Below are positions 63,818 through 64,000 of a DNA stretch of 64,000 nucleotides, piece after piece. How positions within the stretch are numbered: the first letter of the stretch is position 1; every line of letters starts with the position of its first letter. A model generated the notes under the pieces. That model did no database searches. It saw only the letters and a list, made by a program, of their open reading frames with translations, and was not told the origin of the DNA. The position numbers and the translations under genes are program-made. Source of the stretch: Macrostomum lignano (lineage: Eukaryota); contig NIVC01000729.1 of the NCBI GenBank assembly GCA_002269645.1, forward strand, positions 139,256 to 203,255. Reading direction: 5' to 3'.

Positions 63818-64000
63818 TTAGCCACGCTGGTAGAGAGTCCAGTCGGGTCCGGTCAGGCTGGCTGGTGGGTAAGCGAACGCCAGCAGGTGGCAGGCGAGCA
63901 GCCGCTTGGAGAAAACGGCGGCCTGGCAGTCGGCTCTGGCGCTGCACTGGAGCAGGCAGTCAGCGTCAGAATGGGCAGCGGTGGGCCAGACAGATGTCTT
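63818..64000 (-). CDS. WSC + PAN family copy D, exon 2 (PAN domain), truncated by window edge
   Basis: Near-identical to copy A exon 2: ...SVWPTAAHSDADCLLQCSARADCQAAVFSKRLLACHLLAFAYPPASLTGPDWTLYQRG* (TAA at 63820-63818). Confidence 0.85.
   Translation of the reverse strand, partial: KTSVWPTAAHSDADCLLQCSARADCQAAVFSKRLLACHLLAFAYPPASLTGPDWTLYQRG

Overview
Eukaryotic (animal) genomic DNA with GC-rich exons, AT-rich spacers, GT-AG introns and minisatellite-filled introns. This style suggests the flatworm Macrostomum or a similar invertebrate (inference, not verified). Genes reconstructed by hand from splice sites and remembered homologue motifs: (1) the 3' ~45% of a VPS13A/C-type lipid-transfer gene (+, 20 exons, 5647-30513, about 1531 aa in window); (2) an intronless HPS4-like (BLOC-3 subunit) gene nested on the SAME strand in a VPS13 intron (25948-27753); (3) an intronless small ankyrin-repeat protein with a Lys/Gly tail (32074-32718); (4) an intronless imidazolonepropionase AMDHD1/HutI (40576-41898); (5) a 6-exon GATA4/5/6-class factor with a canonical C-finger, a greatly expanded N-finger and a WGATAR cluster upstream (45720-50383); (6) a minus-strand tandem family of at least four two-exon genes encoding small secreted WSC + PAN/apple proteins (53573 to window end), one frameshifted, interspersed with LINE 3' relics and MITE-like palindromes. 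Most long ORFs in the supplied track are tandem-repeat artefacts. No CRISPR, rRNA or intact tRNA genes were found. The best novelty candidates are the WSC-PAN family, the HPS4-in-VPS13 nesting, an in-frame VPS13 exon bracketed by inverted minisatellite arrays, and the remodelled GATA N-finger. All homology calls are from recalled motifs, not database searches.
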